A program made the translations under genes and the position numbers. A stretch of DNA of 56,248 nucleotides, the filler included, from Dirinaria sp. TL-2023a (Eukaryota), in NCBI GenBank assembly GCA_051941275.1. It is 3 parts of 3 records of this genome, joined end to end, with 100 filler letters (N's around TTAATTAATTAA, not from the genome) between each part and the next. Parts side by side here need not be neighbours in the genome. Positions count along the whole stretch, not along the records: positions 1 to 18,710 come from JAVEBF010000371.1; 2 more parts are not named here. The stretch is one strand, 5' to 3'. The notes beneath the pieces are model-generated. The model searched no databases, was not told where the DNA came from, and saw only the letters and a list, made by a program, of their open reading frames with translations. Positions 1 to 12,646 of this stretch are shown here, piece after piece (within the stretch, counting starts at the first letter, position 1; the number at the start of each line of letters is the position of its first letter).

Positions 1-1
1 A

Positions 2-94
2 GGCAAGGGAAAGATCGTGCTGATAGGAAAGGGATTGGAAGGGTTGGATGTGCGGGCCAGTTTGGAGCGGGCGTTGAGGGATGTTGGGGATTAA
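2..94 (+). CDS. 3' end of a gene running in from the left edge; possibly the C-terminus of a CobW/Zng1-type GTPase
   Basis: Frame 2 reads GKGKIVLIGKGLEGLDVRASLERALRDVGD* (TAA 92-94). KIVLIGKGL resembles the CobW C-terminal strand. Only 30 aa are visible. Confidence 0.4.
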   Translation, partial: GKGKIVLIGKGLEGLDVRASLERALRDVGD

Positions 95-856
95 AAATGT
101 GTATATGTATGTAATGTAGGTAGACTTGAATTTCATCTACCTAAGGTACCTTAGAGAATGCGTTGCCGGCCTTTACCTTAAATATCCCCCAGAATCCCCA
201 AATCTTTTCAGATAAACGTTCTTATCTACCTTATCTACATCTACTCAACACAAATTCTCCCAGAATACCAAAACCCCATTTATCAATCAATTGCACGCAT
301 GCATACCGTATATAGAACAACAGAAAAAAAGAAGAAAGAAGTCTAATCGATACCATACTATCATTTTTTTTGTTAAATCGATAATATTATGCTTTTTTTC
401 CATGTCTATGTCTATGTACTTATGCTAAATCTCGCCTCGCCTCGCCTCGCTCGCCCTCTCGGGCTAAGAAAAAAAAAGGGGGGGGGTTATGGACAGTTGG
501 TAGGTGAGGTTTTTTGGGGGGCAAAAAAGGCACGATCTAAAAGGGGGGCAACTTCCACCGACGCCCCTGCTGCCATCAACAACTAAGTCAAGACTCCTGG
601 TCCCTGCTGTTGTGTTGATATGGGCTACCTTATGCATGCATACATAATCAATGTTTGATGTTGGTTTTTTTTTGGTAAGTTTGATATTTTCCCCCCCACC
701 ATATGAAAGATTTATGTTGCTGTTGGTGCTTTTTGTATGTGTCGTGAACTTTTCGTAGCCCGAGGGACTGAACTGTGTCTGTATGTCGGGTCTGGAGCAA
801 AAGGATCTCCAAAATGACAAAAAAAAAATCTTCTCCGCCCTTTGCTCTTCCAAAAA

Positions 857-2308
857 TCAAGCGGCACCGGCGCTCACGACGGGCTCCTGGATCTTGGTCG
901 GCTGGTTCCCCGCGCGGATGATCTTCTGCCCCTGGCTGTCGCTAACGTACTGGACGTCCTTGTTCTCGCGCTGGGCGCGCTTCCAGATCTCGACTTCGCA
1001 CCCGCCGCGGATGACGCCGACGCGCATCGTCGAGAGCAGGTTGTGCGCGGCGTTGGAGTGCATGTAGACGCCGCCGTTGAACATGGCCGTCGCGTCCTTG
1101 CCGACGCCGCTGCCGATCATGGCTTTGCCGCCCGGGTGGTCTTTAATGAAGCGCGACACATCGTGCACCACGCCCGCGACGGCGATGAGGCCGCGCCCGT
1201 TCTTCGCTTGGTCGACGTAGTCGTCCCATTCGATGACGGGGAGCTGGTCGAGTGGAACGCCCCAGTCGAGCCTCGCGCGCTTCTGGTCCAGTTTCTTCTG
1301 CTGCTGCTGCACGCGGCCTTTCTCGATTTCGTTCTGCTTGAATTGCTTCAGGTCGAAGGCCAGGCCCATTTGCTTCCAGCACCAGATGCTCCACTTGGTG
1401 GGATCGTATTGGTGCCATTCGATTGCGTTGCGGTAGTCGGAGGGGAACTCGTGGTGGAAGTTGTGGTAGCCTTCACCGAGTGTGACGAGAGCGGTGATGA
1501 CATGGTCGCGGGGCGAGTTGCGGTCGTCGAAAGGCTGATCACCCAGCCAATGGGCCAGAGAATTGACGCAGAAGGTGGCTTGCTGGACGAAGAAGATGCG
1601 AAGGATACCGGCGTAGACGAAGCCGCCTAGCCAGTCGTTCCAGCCCAAACCGCTGACCAGGGTTGGGAAGATGAGGCCCATGAAAATGACAACTTTCAGA
1701 TAGTTCTTGTGCTGCCAGATCACGACAGGGTCTTCGTTCAAGTCTGAGATGTCGGTGCGACCAATTCGCTTGGGGTTTTGCTTCATGATCATCCAGCCAA
1801 AATGGCTATAGAGCAGGCCTTTACGGACTGAGTACGGGTCCTTGTCGGTGTCGGTGTAGCGATGGTGAGCGCGGTGGTCACGAGCCCACCAACGGACTGA
1901 GCCTTCGACCGCTCCACCGCCGACAGCGGCGAGGAAGATGCGGAGAGGGAGGGTTGCCGAATAGGACGTGTGTGCCCAGAGGCGATGATAGCCTGCAGTG
2001 ATTCCAAGTCCAGTCATGAAATAGTAGGCGACTGCGAAGATGGCCGTCTGCCATCGCACAGGCGTCCAGAAGGCTTGAATGCAACCATACACGGGGATGC
2101 CGACGATGAGAGTGACATTGAGCCAGTTGACATGCTTATACCAGTTCTTCTTGGTGAGGGGCTGCTCAGTGATGTGAGGTTTCTTGGGATCGTAGGTTCT
2201 GGAGCGATTGGGCTCGGAGGATTTGGCCATCGTACCAGTGGTTCTCTCTGGCGATAGATACTGGGGGTCTTTGGCTGAGTAGCCGGCAGCTGGCTGGTGT
2301 GAGGGCAT
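857..2308 (-). CDS. ole1: Acyl-CoA delta-9 fatty acid desaturase with fused C-terminal cytochrome b5 domain
   Basis: 483-aa ORF with His boxes HRLWAH, HRAHH and HNFHH, hydrophobic TM segments, and the cytochrome b5 heme motif HPGG. Confidence 0.97.
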   Translation of the reverse strand: MPSHQPAAGYSAKDPQYLSPERTTGTMAKSSEPNRSRTYDPKKPHITEQPLTKKNWYKHVNWLNVTLIVGIPVYGCIQAFWTPVRWQTAIFAVAYYFMTGLGITAGYHRLWAHTSYSATLPLRIFLAAVGGGAVEGSVRWWARDHRAHHRYTDTDKDPYSVRKGLLYSHFGWMIMKQNPKRIGRTDISDLNEDPVVIWQHKNYLKVVIFMGLIFPTLVSGLGWNDWLGGFVYAGILRIFFVQQATFCVNSLAHWLGDQPFDDRNSPRDHVITALVTLGEGYHNFHHEFPSDYRNAIEWHQYDPTKWSIWCWKQMGLAFDLKQFKQNEIEKGRVQQQQKKLDQKRARLDWGVPLDQLPVIEWDDYVDQAKNGRGLIAVAGVVHDVSRFIKDHPGGKAMIGSGVGKDATAMFNGGVYMHSNAAHNLLSTMRVGVIRGGCEVEIWKRAQRENKDVQYVSDSQGQKIIRAGNQPTKIQEPVVSAGAA

Positions 2309-2719
2309 CGTAGGCGGTATGATGAAGGAGTCGAGGCTGGGCGGTTGTAGAAAGGAGAAGGTGTGAGGAGGAAGGTGAGAGAAGGAGAAGGAAGGATTGT
2401 TCAGATATCTGAGAGAGTAGTGATGTGTGAATTTGAAGCGCTAAGATCCTCACTCAGGTCTTGTGTTGGGGAAAGCTTGGGATGAGCTACTGAAAATTTC
2501 GTGAAAGGCAGCAGGATGTCTGAAGTGGTGCTTTCTACCTGGCTGGGAAGTCGTCGGTATCAAATAACATTTAAGATCCGTTCAAGTGAGTTTTTCAGGC
2601 TGCCAGATTGCAAGGTGAGAAGCAAAGGGAGGGAAAAGGGAAAAGTTCAGCATCTCAGTGTCAAATCATCACCGCCTGGAAATTCCCAACAAAAAATCCA
2701 AGTAAGCGGCTGCAGAGGC

Positions 2720-2737
2720 GCCGATTGGCCGATTGGG
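2720..2737 (-). promoter_or_regulatory. Tandem CCAAT boxes upstream of ole1
   Basis: ccgattggccgattggg gives two CCAAT motifs on the minus strand, ~420 bp upstream of the ATG. Function is inferred. Confidence 0.3.
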
Positions 2738-3417
2738 CAGATCCCTGCAAGCTGGCTGTCAGGTACGTCCCAAGTAACTCCGTACAGCTAGTACAGTTAG
2801 CTACTTTCACCCATGCTTCACTGCGTCATCGAACCGCGTCTCGCCAAGTCTCGTGCGGCTCTTCAAGGTGCAACAGTCTGAAGCGGGGACTTGGACTCCA
2901 TCCTCATCACCCTTCCATCGCCTGCAGTTCCAGTGTTGAGCGTGCAAATTCTGACCCTTTTCGGACTCCGGACATCAGACCCCAGAGTCAGGGGAAGACG
3001 GATTTGTGGGCTCAATAATACAAGCAACAAGCTTATCAGCCGAGATCCTGCGGGAAGCCATGGCGTACCACGCTAGCCGCTTTCCTCTAGCGTGTCCCAA
3101 CATTTCAACCTTCGATCCACGCTGCCTCGGCCCTCGTCACATCAAGTCCTTTTGGTCATCGCTAATCGCGGATCGCCAGAGCATCAGACGACCTTTAAAC
3201 GGTGATACTCGGGGCGAAAGTAAGACAACGTACCAATAATTGAAGGAATGGAAGTTGTACAATTACACGTGCTTGGGGCCATTGACCTCCCTACCCACGA
3301 CAAACGAAGGATACCAAATAGTCAGACACGTCACCGCGCAAATGCCAATCCATCCACATCCCCCAGAATATATGCAAATAGATGCTTCCCATATGTGCAA
3401 TACGTCCGCAGTCCATT

Positions 3418-5489
3418 TTACACCTTGCCGCTGGCGGCATCGACGTCCTTGTTCTTCTCTCCGTTGTCGCTGTCGCTTGCTGTAGACTTCCCATGTTGAA
3501 TACGGTCCCACTCGGCTTGATCATCCGGTGCGTCTGCGTCATTCGCCGTAATGCTCGCCGCTTCATCTTCAATCTCTTCGGAGAGTACCAGGTTCAGAAA
3601 CATCGCGAGGAAACCCGTAACCGCAAATCCTGTGATGTGCTCCAAGTCAGCTGTTGAGTCGGACAGGAGTGGTTGAATTGGGACGAGAGTACATACCTGT
3701 CTCCATCACAAGGACAATAGCATTAAAAAAGCCTTGCTTCGCGTGATTGCCTCCAGTGTATGTGAAAACGTACGAGAACCAAGTAGGAACAAGAGTGGCC
3801 CCGAAGCCAATCGAAAGCGATGCAGTGAGAATAAATCGATTGCGACGCGTGAACGGAACCGTCGATATGATACGGATGCCTGACACTGCAACAGAGCTGA
3901 AGAGGAAGGTCGTCATGCCCCCTAGGACGGATGCGGGAATAGCCACCAGCGCCGCGGCGAACTTAGAAAAAATGCCCATGATCAGGAGGAAGAAGCAGGC
4001 CGCGTATCCGGCCTTACGATTCGCGCACCGCGTCAACGCGATAACACCGTTGTTCTGAGCGAAGGTCGACATGGGTGTGATGGTGAAGAGACCAGCCAAT
4101 AGGCCGTTGAAGCCATCGGCCAACACACCTCCCTGTATGCGCGACTCGAACAGCGAGCCTTGAACCTCAAGCCTGGAGACATCGCAAGTAGCCGTGATAT
4201 CGCCAATTGCCTCCATCATGAGCACAATGTAGAGCGCAAGAAGTGGCAATATGACTGGTCCGTAAACAGTCAAGGGGAAGGTCTTGACCCAGATAAAGGA
4301 TGCAGCAGGCGCAGCATCAATACCTGAGCGATCGAAGTATCCCGTAGCCGCTGCAATAATGCAGCCGACGAGTAATCCCAAGACCACAGCGCAGGACTTC
4401 ATGATCGGACTTCCAAAACGTTCACTGAGAATGATGGTCACGAAAACGGCGAAGCCAAGGCCAATGTATTCTGCGCTGCCCCATGGTAAGGCATGCGGCG
4501 CCCCGACCTGAGGGCATACGGTGTAAGGACCGCTAGTCGGACGACTAAAACAGGTGCCACTGCCTCCTCCCCACCCTTCAAACCCACTTTGAACGAGGGA
4601 AATGCCGATCAAGGTTACGGTAGGTCCCGTCACGAGTGGCGGAAAGACGCGCTTGAGAATAGCTGGCTTAGTAAAAGAGAGGCCGATTTCGAGCAGCGCA
4701 CACAGACAAGCAGTGCCTATGATAGCACCATAGCCTTTGGGACAAGGTAGTTTGGTACCATCGGCGCCTGTCGGACAGTACCCGGTAGTGTACTTAAGGG
4801 TTGGTGAGTCAGCATATCTATATCGGGCAAAATCAAGGGTTCGTGGAGTATCACTCCAAAGCACCGTTCGTAAGATCAGTCTTACGACCCTCCGCAATTT
4901 ATCCACCAAAGCAATGAATGTGGCGGAAAACAGCACTCACCATTTGCTTAAAAGCGCCAGAAGTGACCGGAATGATGGCGAAGCTGGTCCCCACAACAGA
5001 AATCAGACCAGTTCCAACATAATACGGCGACTTGTAAACATGGAACCTCGTGATCTGTACCGACGAAAGGATGCCGCAAACGATCAATGATGTCGAGACA
5101 AGGTACTGCGCAGTGTCTCCATCGAGGTTGGCCCCTTCCTGTCCAGCGACAATGATTGGCGGCGTGATGATGCCTGCCAGCATAGAAAGAGCATGCTGGA
5201 ATCCCAGGAGAAGTGCGAGAAGAACTGGCATTTTGTCATTGAGCCCAAAGAACGGAGCAGCTCGTCTCGACTGTCGCATGAAAGGCAGATTCGGCTTGAA
5301 CAGGAATCCATAGTCATAGTCTCCTACTAAGCCGTCTCTAGCACAGCGTAAGCTTTCTCCTTGTCGAATTATTTACTAAACCTCTCCTTCATACCTTGTC
5401 GTAAAGGCTTTGACCAGACTCCGTACTTTATCAGCCGTTGTTTTCTTAGGTGCCATATTCGGCCCTATTGTATCGGGAGAGTCGTCCAT
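3418..5489 (-). CDS. uapC: NAT/NCS2-family uric acid-xanthine/purine permease (UapA/UapC-like), 4 exons
   Basis: ATG at 5489 (MDDSPDTIG). Introns at about 5338-5394, 4793-4940 and 3630-3696. Shows the TMS1 'GFQHALSM' motif and the NAT signature 'TFAQNNGVIALT'. Ends ASGKV*. Confidence 0.9.
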
Positions 5490-5665
5490 GACGAGCTAAA
5501 GAGCCTCGCTTTGCACTCCAGGCCTAGAATCTTCGTGAAGGTCTTAGCACAACTTTGATCCAGAAAATACCCCATGCGCAAATGTCTTACTGACGGTGCT
5601 CGCTCTGCGACACTTGCTGTCAGGATGAGAGTATCCGCTTAGTCAAAATCGAAGCGTGCGGAGGC

Positions 5666-6000
5666 AGATAACACGCCGGCCAAAGAGGTGGTCCAGAGTC
5701 CATTTATATACCGTGAAAACCCACTTGGATGAAGATCCTTAACTACCAAGGTGCCGAGCGATCAAGCTCCCAAAATACTTCGATCAAGTCGAGCAAGTAT
5801 GCACGGTGACCTAAAGTCAAAGATCGGCGGCCACCGCCGCCGATTCAATCAGAGAGCTCCAATGATGTTATCTTTTTGGTTGATCGTTTGCGTCGCCGAA
5901 GGAGCTTGGGGTGAGAGCTGCTGGGGGAGCGCAGGTACTAGAGAGGTGCTAAGGGACGGTCTAGCCCCCGCATGACACCCGGGTGTGACGGGAAAGATAA
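5666..6000. promoter_or_regulatory. Putative purine-induction/nitrogen-regulation promoter: CGG-N6-CCG (UaY-like) site, HGATAR sites and TATA
   Basis: TCGGcggccaCCGC at 5824-5837, plus an overlapping CGG-N6-CCG at 5828-5839. AGATAA at 5666 and 5995, TTATCT at 5868. TATATAAA on the minus strand at ~5703-5710. Confidence 0.45.
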
Positions 6001-6356
6001 CGAATTATTCGCTTCCAGCCCACGGACAGCCCCGCAATCGGACTCGCTAATCGTCTTCTTGCCAGCCATCATCAAGAGTAGTAGTAGTAGTGTGGTGTAG
6101 ATTGGAAGATTGGGAGCTTCTAAAAGATCAATGAGGTCCAGCACTGGCAATGGACGGGAACTTCAATAGGCCCGAGAAGAGATCTGAAAATCGACAAACC
6201 GCCTTTGCCCGGTACACAGTTGCCGTGCGACTTTGCCACCAAATTGTGGTTGTGGGCAGCGTGGAAGGCTATTGGTCTCAAGCAACCTCAAGTGCTCCAC
6301 CATCTTGTGAAGATCATTTGCCTTCAAGTTCTTCTCAGAAATTGCGCGCATTGTCT

Positions 6357-7700
6357 TCACTGCTGTATGTACCGGTGTTCGCCCGTCTCCAAGACAGTGA
6401 TGGTGTCACCAACTTCGATCTTTGTTTCTTTGATAGCAGGCACCATCTGCATGCCTAGGCATGCTTTGCCTACCGCCCCTTCGTCGATGCAGCGAAAACT
6501 TCTCAATGTCCTGTTCGGCTCCACTTTGTGTGCGAGACCCGTCGTCTGGTCTACGTTAGGCAGCATGCAGCGAACGGTGCGGCAAGACACATGGTATTCG
6601 TAGCCGCCAATCCGAATACGCTTCCATTGATCCTCAGCATAGGGTTCAAATCCAGTGAAGATGATGTTGGGCCGAAATTGCAGCGCACTGAGCCTCGGAG
6701 CGCCACGCTGAACTTTGTTCCCCACGTCTCTGACGCTCGCAAGGTTCAAGATGTGGAGCGGATAAGCATCGCCGAAGCCGACTTTGGGCTGCCACCCCAG
6801 CTGCTCTCTTCTGGGAGCACATCGGAAAACCTCCCTGGAATAGTCGTCACTGACTCTGAAAAGAGCCAACGGATTCGTACAGCCCAAGTGAGCTTGTAAT
6901 TCTTCTAGGAACAGTTTAGAACTGTTCCCAATGGTACTGCCTATGTTGAGTGACATGGGTGAGTCCTTCCATATCTCCATTTGCTCCAGCGTATAACCAT
7001 GTTGACGAATTTGTTCTGCGGAGGGGTTCAGAGGTAATTGAACGCTGTGGTGTGGCTGATCGCCTCCCAAGGCAGCCCAGATCCTTCCCATGACCCCTCG
7101 GAAGCCGTCGTTGTCGTAGGGATACTTTATGACCAGGACTCCACCAGATTGAATGTTTGGATCTTTGGTAGAATAAGCCGGCGACGCGGGGTCAGGGAGC
7201 CAAATTTCGGTCTTTACCTGAGCAAGCAAAGGGAAATTTCTCTGTGTCATGAACTTCCAACGATGCTTTGACTTCTCAGCCTCAGAGGTCTCCAGCGAGA
7301 CTGGGAAGGGGCTCTGGAGTTGCGCAAAGCAGAATACTCGGTCGAAAACCATGCCGGTATCGAGTATATCACCACTATTGAGTTCGATCCCTCTGCAACT
7401 CTTAACTGGATAGATCCAGAGGCTCTTGACTCTGCAGCGTTCACTGCTTTCTTTGCCATACGGTTTACCAAAGATGTAGCGTCTGTGATTCTCATCGGCG
7501 AGATTGCTTCGGGTCCTCAAGCCGAGCTTTCTGCAGCCTCTAGGCTGGGCGTGAATGCTCTTCTGGTCAACGTAATAAAAGATTACAAGAAGAATGGCTG
7601 GCACAAAGCAGAGAAAGAATATCAGAGCCGAGAAAGTAATAGAATTTTTAAATTCTAGGAAGTTTTCGTAACCTCCGACAGTCCTAAGTAGCATTGACAT
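6357..7700 (-). CDS. MOSC domain protein (mARC-like) with N-terminal transmembrane anchor
   Basis: Contains 'SLWIYPVKSCRG' (MOSC_N), 'FGDAYPLHILNLASV', 'FRPNII' and 'CRTVRC...PNVD'. First ATG at 7700; the ORF track starts at an upstream GTG (7745). Confidence 0.9.
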   Translation of the reverse strand: MSMLLRTVGGYENFLEFKNSITFSALIFFLCFVPAILLVIFYYVDQKSIHAQPRGCRKLGLRTRSNLADENHRRYIFGKPYGKESSERCRVKSLWIYPVKSCRGIELNSGDILDTGMVFDRVFCFAQLQSPFPVSLETSEAEKSKHRWKFMTQRNFPLLAQVKTEIWLPDPASPAYSTKDPNIQSGGVLVIKYPYDNDGFRGVMGRIWAALGGDQPHHSVQLPLNPSAEQIRQHGYTLEQMEIWKDSPMSLNIGSTIGNSSKLFLEELQAHLGCTNPLALFRVSDDYSREVFRCAPRREQLGWQPKVGFGDAYPLHILNLASVRDVGNKVQRGAPRLSALQFRPNIIFTGFEPYAEDQWKRIRIGGYEYHVSCRTVRCMLPNVDQTTGLAHKVEPNRTLRSFRCIDEGAVGKACLGMQMVPAIKETKIEVGDTITVLETGEHRYIQQ

Positions 7701-8220
7701 AGCGACTTGAAGGAGTAGTATGCCGCTTTCAGAAATTCTGGACACCGCCCAGAGAGCGGGATTGTAGCGATAGATTGCGGATGCTGATGCCTAATGGCCG
7801 GAGTGTCACGGCCTGTGAAGGAAATCGCTTCCGAGACAAGAGAAGTAATAGGAAGCACAGAGAACTAGAGTTGATCAGGATGAGATTCGGCGTCCTAAAT
7901 ATTAATTTGTTATGTTTGCTGCATATCGAAAAATATATTATTATCAAACGTGATCGGGCCGGATAATCGCGCTACCAAGGATCTACACCAGGATTAGAAT
8001 AGTTCTACGAAGCTAGCACCAGATGTCTGTGAAACTCTGAACTCTCATGCCTTGATTTTATAAATTGGCCGTCAATACTCATGTAGCAAAATATTGACAT
8101 GATTCCATTCAAGTTACTGTCCCCGTTTGCCGTCCTCTGACATCTTACCCATGGTAATTTACCAGGATTTCTAGAACGCCAAGTAGTGGAGGAAATGCTC
8201 GCAATCAATGGGGCTTCATC

Positions 8221-9625
8221 ATGACTGAACGGGACATCACTAATCTCTCTTCATCTTCCCCTCGTAGGGTACTCCTTCTGAATAACCGCGCTTTGCTTTA
8301 CTGACGGATAAGATCGACTCCCCACAAAATCCGCTTCGCAGGCACTACAGAATTTGAAATCTACCCCTTACAAACCGGTGTCTACGTCTTTACGTGGCCT
8401 TGACGCATTTCTGCAAATCCAGCGTCCATGCTCGGGAAACGTCTCTGACTCTAACACGGGAGGTATACCTCGCGGCCATGTCACTGAGATTTATGGTCCC
8501 CCAGGGGTCGGTAAGACGACTATGGGGTAGGTGAAATGGGACCCTCGCGGCTTTTTCAGCTGCAGCCAAAGTTGAATGCTAAGCGCTTAAGCCGTACGAG
8601 ACTGATTGCGCCTTTTATGCAGGCTCCAGTTGTCTGCGAATGCTCTAGATTCGGGTGATGCGGTCATCTGGATGGGTTAGGGAGTACGCCCAAGAAAAGT
8701 GTCAAGTCATTGGCTAACAGACTTTGAAGACTCATCTCACTCAGTAGCTGGTACAAGGTTCAAAAGCATATTGACGGGTTCCATCAAATCTCGAGCTTCC
8801 CACTCTTCATCTCTTACTGAAACACTGGAAGACGTTTCGAGTAGATTTCTTCACTTCGATGTTCCAACTCTACCGCACTTGCTAGCCTTGATCATGCATC
8901 CTCCCGCCTCATTCCCTCCACCAAATACAGCTCTGATGATTATCGATTCGGTATCTATATTGCTGACTTTAGCTTTCCCAAAAATGGTGAAGAACACAGA
9001 GCCCCAGAAAGACTCGAGCAGAAATAGCGGTGCCGCTCAATGGTCTGCGAGCAGGAGGTGGGCTGTCATGAGTGACCTTATGTCTAGGCTTGAGAAGTTG
9101 GCAACCACACACAATATAGCTATTGTATTAATTTCGCAGACAACAACTAGGATCGGGTTTGAATCGGACACAACCTTACATCAAGCTATTTCTGGAAGTG
9201 CATGGGACAGTGGCATTAACACTCGAATTGTCCTATTCCGGGACTGGCTGCAGCGGCCTAATGCATCATCCGTCCTTAAAAACTATATTTCGAGGGCACG
9301 GTTTTTGGGAGTCATGAAGGCTGGCGGCATCAGTTACAATAGGTTTGGAAAGATCATACCATTTATTATCAGAGAGGTATGAGCCATCTCTTACCCACCG
9401 AAAAAAAATAACAACTGAAAGATCTAGTATGGCCTCGAAGAAATCGATATTGCCCCCATCCAGGTCAGGTTACATGGTTCACCGCGCAGACTTCGTCCCG
9501 GCTCCAAACGGAAAAGAAACGAAGTAGGCGACAGCCAGTCGGAGGAGGAGGGAATTGGCTCTGATGAAGAGTATGGCTGGGTAGAAGACGATGACTCTGT
9601 TCATGTGGGGTATATGGAAGAGTGA
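8221..9625 (+). CDS. rad55: RecA-family Rad51 paralog (Rad55/Rhp55-like), 5 exons
   Basis: Spliced reading gives 'GGIPRGHVTEIYGPPGVGKTT' (Walker A), 'LMIIDSVS' (Walker B) and an acidic tail ending 'DEEYGWVEDD...EE*' (TGA 9623-9625). Confidence 0.8.
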
Positions 9626-11334
9626 CTGGCTCTATGTGCAAGGTCCTCAACCTAAGGTGTGTCACGAATCCTACCGGGAAGGTCAGCTACAGACTTTTGC
9701 TAACAGGAAGAAAAGAGAAAAACGTACGTTAGTTCGTCATCAACGTCAGGAAGGCCTTCAAAAGAGGCTTTCCAATAGAGCTCAATGCTGTGGAACGCTC
9801 TTATAATGCAAGTTATGAGGCGCAACGGAAGTAGACCAAGTGTGAAGCTCTAAGCGAACGCCGGGGAGCTTTCTTCGAATTAACGACAGTGGGCTCCAAG
9901 TGGCACTCTTCATTCACGCTTCGAGATAAGAGAAAAAGATAGAGTCTAACCTAGTAAAGCAGCGCGCATGGATGCTATGTGCATATGATCTAGATACTAC
10001 AGATCTGCATATGAGAGCGACTCACGTAGCTTCATTGATTGACCTTCCATCTCGCCGAGAGTTTGCCCGAACGCAGAATGCTCAAGGGGAGTTGAATTAC
10101 GAAGCGTCCAATTTGCCGCTAGTCAGATTTGTTTCGGCGTAGGAATTTGGTGGTGCTTGTGTACTGTAGGATCCTCGCTGACTATCAAGCCTTCCCCAAT
10201 CTCGAATATTAAGGTATGAAATGAGGTGGCTCACGTATACGTCATAATTAATTCGGAACTTCAATCGCTATGGGGGGAATGGGGTGGCAAGGTGCTCCGC
10301 AAGGGCCTGCAACCCTCGAAGATAGCGGCATCATGATCATAAAGAGGATATCGAAGCCGCAGAATAGAAGAATTGGACCAAATGGCGGCAGGCCTTCGAT
10401 AAGTGCCCTCGGTCGAAGAAGCGAAGCTCACCCATGCAAGCTTTTTGGCATACATTAGGTTGGTCTATTTAAATGTCCATGAACTGTGGGAAGCACGCGA
10501 AAGAGATGAAGATCACCTCATGCTCCCAGCTTGTTCCAGCTTGGTTTCCACTTCGCGAAACTGTGACGTGTTCTTTCCCTTATTTCCCTCACGGTGGGAC
10601 CTGCGGCTACAGGTAGGTAAGGTATCCTGTCGCCCGATGATTGCAGATTACCAGAGAGAAAAGTCGAAGCATAATCGATCCAAGGTTGAGTGTTCATTGC
10701 CGAACGGGGCGAGCTGGCTATTGGAGGACAATTTAAGCGGTGGCAGCGCGGTTCTGTGACAAGTCCAAGGACCCCCACACTGAGCGATCATACCGCCTAT
10801 TCGCATTTGACGCATACGGTGCAGTGTTGTTGGCTCCGGCGTGTTCCCATGTCTCTGGATCCGATGCACCTCTAATGCAGGCTTCGCTGCGCGCTTGCAC
10901 AAACGATATGCCCGACCTAGCAGCCTACCCCACACGAACCCCAACGTATGTGTGTCTCATCCCTTGCCCTTGCTCCCTACTGAACGAGGTAGTCCGGAAC
11001 AGGTGCAGGACGGACTTGGAGGCATCCCTCAACTTCTCATTCGTACTCCAATATTAATACCATGCTAAGACCCCAGTAGCACCCAGTAGCACGCCATTAC
11101 AGTGTTAGTATGGAGGAACGAGCACGAGCTTCAACTCGATGGTGAGGTGATCATAGCTTAGATAGTGGGACGAGCAAAGTAAATTCATAGCGGGAAGCCA
11201 CTTGCTTGTCCCCACCATGCAGCGGAGGATCTGGAGATGCAGTGTGGGGAATAATGGGTTGAGGGTTGAAGTGCCGGTGAATAAATCCATTCTGGACAAC
11301 AGGAGGATCATCACCTCAGCATATTGACATCTGA

Positions 11335-11925
11335 CCCCAGCCCAATACGGTCAGCTTTCCCCAGCACAGCGCTTATCTGAAGTACATCGGCAGTATGCTG
11401 GGCATCGATGATAGCACAACAGGCTGGATCAAAGCACGATAAGCCCTCCACGTTGGTAACGCTTTCATTTCGGAACTTCGACTAGCTCCCGGCAAAGCAA
11501 ATCTGGGGGTTGTCTGATAGTGGGTTTACCTTAGTATCACCATCTAATGGAAGGGTAGGCATCGGATCCAGAGGACCAGACTGGAGGCTGGCCTAAAGCC
11601 CGTACGGAGTAATCCGTCCCCCCAATTCAGCCCGCCCCCATACAGCCGGGGACAAGCTCCCCGGAACCCTTGTAACTTTCTACAGACAATCGACAGCGGG
11701 AGTGCCGAGATAACACCTTGCTCAGTTCGATCGGCTTCGATAAATTATCTGCCTCATCCTGCTGTTTCCCCAGGCTCCACATTTATTTTCCCCTTCAGAC
11801 GCAGGGCTGGCACACAAACCGTGGCTGCCTGACACCTGGCATACCTGGCATACCTGGCACATTCTGGCCTGTGCAGTGCTCATCAAACCCAAAGTAGGAA
11901 GCAACTTCACCACCAAGTCTCCGCA
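11335..11925. promoter_or_regulatory. Cluster of CreA consensus sites (SYGGRG) upstream of creA
   Basis: CTGGGG 11503, CTGGAG 11581, inverted pair CCGGGG-acaagct-CCCCGG 11646-11664, and reverse-strand CCCCAG/CTCCAC/CTCCGC copies near 11335, 11359, 11768, 11775 and 11919. Confidence 0.45.
11833..11859 (+). repeat. 9-bp tandem repeat (ACCTGGCAT)x3
   Basis: acctggcat acctggcat acctggcac. Confidence 0.8.
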
Positions 11926-12543
11926 GCATTTCCAAATTCGACCAGCCAACGGTGAAGGGGCCAGTCCAATAAAGTCAACGCAGTCCACTCCGTACTAGGA
12001 TCTGTCCCTGACTCCCTGTTCATCCCTCACTCACCCTTGGAGAAGACGTTCTTGCCCTGGCTCTCTTCTCTCTGTGCCCTGGCTCCCTGATTCCTCCTTC
12101 CTGCCAACAACGGGCTGCCGGTGGGTGGTGGTGGTGGGGGCAAGCAAAGCAAGGCAAGCTCCGGGCAATCCTCGTCCTTCCGTCCTCGCCGGGCCACAGA
12201 CTGCCCGACCCACAGGCCACAGTCCCACACCCCCAAAAGGGCCCCAGACCTTTTTCGCCAGCCCCAGCCCGCCAACTCAGCTTCTGACGCAAATCCTCCG
12301 ACTCCTGAATTCTCTCATAATCATAACCATTCCCCGTTTTCCGCACTCCTCAATTTTACTTTCCACCGCTCCTCCTGTCGCTACCAAGTTTCACTTGACC
12401 CCCATCGGTTGAGCTCTAGGGCACTCGATTGTATTGCCGTCCTCCAATTGTCGCCTGGCGCATCGCCCAAAAAGATCGGCTTGTTCCTTGCAGCTCGCCT
12501 ATCACCCATACCCCCCCCTGCAATCTTCCCGCATCATTTTCAC

Positions 12544-12630
12544 ATGCTACCCCAGCATCAACATATCTTCGCCTTCTCAACCCATCTTCCCCAGCTTCGA
12601 GGGAGGTTTCCGAATATTCGATTTGGGTGA
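12544..12630 (+). other. 28-codon upstream ORF ending 16 nt before the creA AUG
   Basis: ATG 12544 to TGA 12628-12630 ([28 protein letters not shown]), out of frame with creA. Confidence 0.5.
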
Positions 12631-12646
12631 AGCTGCATCAAACGAC

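Noticed and set aside
842..1630. 262-aa antisense ORF over ole1
   Set aside because: Shadow ORF caused by high GC3 on the coding strand; no motifs.
10261..11314. Several 60-120-aa ORFs upstream of creA
   Set aside because: No coherent spliced model or recognisable domain in any frame I could read.
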